The translations under genes and the position numbers were made by a program. A stretch of 64,000 bases of DNA. Origin: Podarcis gaigeae (lineage: Eukaryota). The stretch is taken from assembly GCA_964106915.2 (NCBI GenBank), contig OZ066921.1; one strand, given 5' to 3'. Shown piece by piece: positions 62,862 to 64,000 of this stretch (its first letter is position 1; the number at the start of each line of letters is the position of its first letter). The notes beneath the pieces are model-generated. The model had not been told where the DNA came from. It saw only the letters and a program-made list of their open reading frames with translations, and searched no databases.

Positions 62862-62978
62862 GGGGCGAGTGAGGAGGGGATGAATTTGCCCCCTTGTCTT
62901 TCAAACCATATTATGAGATTCTTTGGGGGAGCAACAATATTTCTGTCTAACTCACCAATTCTATGTTGAATTACTATA

Positions 62979-63193
62979 CAGTGGTACCTCTGGTTACGTA
63001 CTTAATTTGTTCCGGAGGTCTGTTCTTAACCTGAAACTGTTCTTATCCCGAAGCACCACTTTAGCTAATAGGGCCTCCCACTGCTGCTGCCAGATTTCTG
63101 TTCTCATGCTGAAGCAAAGTTCTTAACCCGAGGTACTATTTCTGGGTTAGCGGAGTTTGTAACCTGAAGCGTATGTAACCCGAGGTACCACTG
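62979..63193. mobile_element. Tc1/mariner MITE, opposite orientation to 60485
   Basis: TA|cagtggtacctc ... gaggtaccactg|TA; internal sequence is the reverse complement of the 60485 copy. Confidence 0.9.
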
Positions 63194-64000
63194 TAGTTAT
63201 AAACATTCACATGGGCTCAGGTATGAGTGCTACATCTTAAAGGCATCAATCCTTCTATTTCAAAACATTTCTGAAAATTAGCTCTTAGATCTTCATGAAT
63301 ATTACTCCTTCTCTGCTGGAAGCCTTCCACACATCCTGTACCTAATATCTGCATTGTTGATACCTACTCTGATGGCTACCTAACAGGTGCTGCTTTGAGA
63401 TCATGGGAGTTTCAGCCCCACCAAGGGCCAGCCATACAAAATGCCTTACCAGTTCCACATTCCTTTCACAAATTCAAGCAGAGTGAAATGTAATTTATGG
63501 TTGTCCTACTCAGTCTTGTGCTTTACCACAGATTGGACTTGGATCTTGAAAACTACCCATAGGAATAGGAAACCAGAGCTGTCAAATGAACAAGCCCATC
63601 GAGATCATAATTGTTGGGAAATAACTAGGGAATGGTAGTTATTCCTGAAGTCCCATTTGTGTGGGGAACTACAAAGAAAAAACGGCTGACTGCTTAGAAT
63701 AAAAACAAACAAACATGGGACTTTACGCACTCTGTAGCCAAAACAGCCCCCAGAAGAGTTTAAAACTCAGATCTATGCAGCATTTGCAAAGTGTGGGAAA
63801 TATAGCTTATTAGACCTTTAAATGTCCAACTGTTACGTGCTTACAGTTCTCTTCTGCCTCTAGCTTTCTCGGAGTGAATAGACCACAAACTTTAGTAAGT
63901 TTAAATGCTTTACTTACAGTAAACACATGTCTCATTCATGCATTGTTCAATACAACAGCAGAAACAACACAGGCAGTATATTATTGATTACAAAACGCAA

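Overview
Vertebrate genomic DNA. Sauria SINEs, CR1/L2/L1 LINE fragments and hAT/mariner MITEs point to a squamate, probably a lacertid lizard. Two protein-coding genes lie on the minus strand in the CYB5B -> NFAT5 order also seen in mammals. CYB5B is complete (5 coding exons, 59396->45433, 146 aa). NFAT5/TonEBP is present as its 5' part (coding exons 30483-30411, 13696-13571, 2021-1457) and continues beyond the left edge. There are three CpG islands: the NFAT5 promoter, the CYB5B promoter, and an orphan island at ~40.0-41.5 kb. Main observations: (1) the orphan island holds a GCCGCCATG start and a consensus CAG|GTAAGC donor defining a 103-nt phase-1 exon that would splice in frame onto NFAT5, a candidate distal first exon giving an isoform without the N-terminal nuclear export signal; (2) a 5'-inverted Sauria SINE with a twin-priming signature; (3) a Sauria SINE flanked by an 83-bp duplication; (4) a perfect palindrome of two NFAT-type sites upstream of NFAT5. 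Most long ORFs in the track are GC-island or repeat artefacts. Three N gaps limit what can be seen. All homology statements come from recognition or recall, not database searches.
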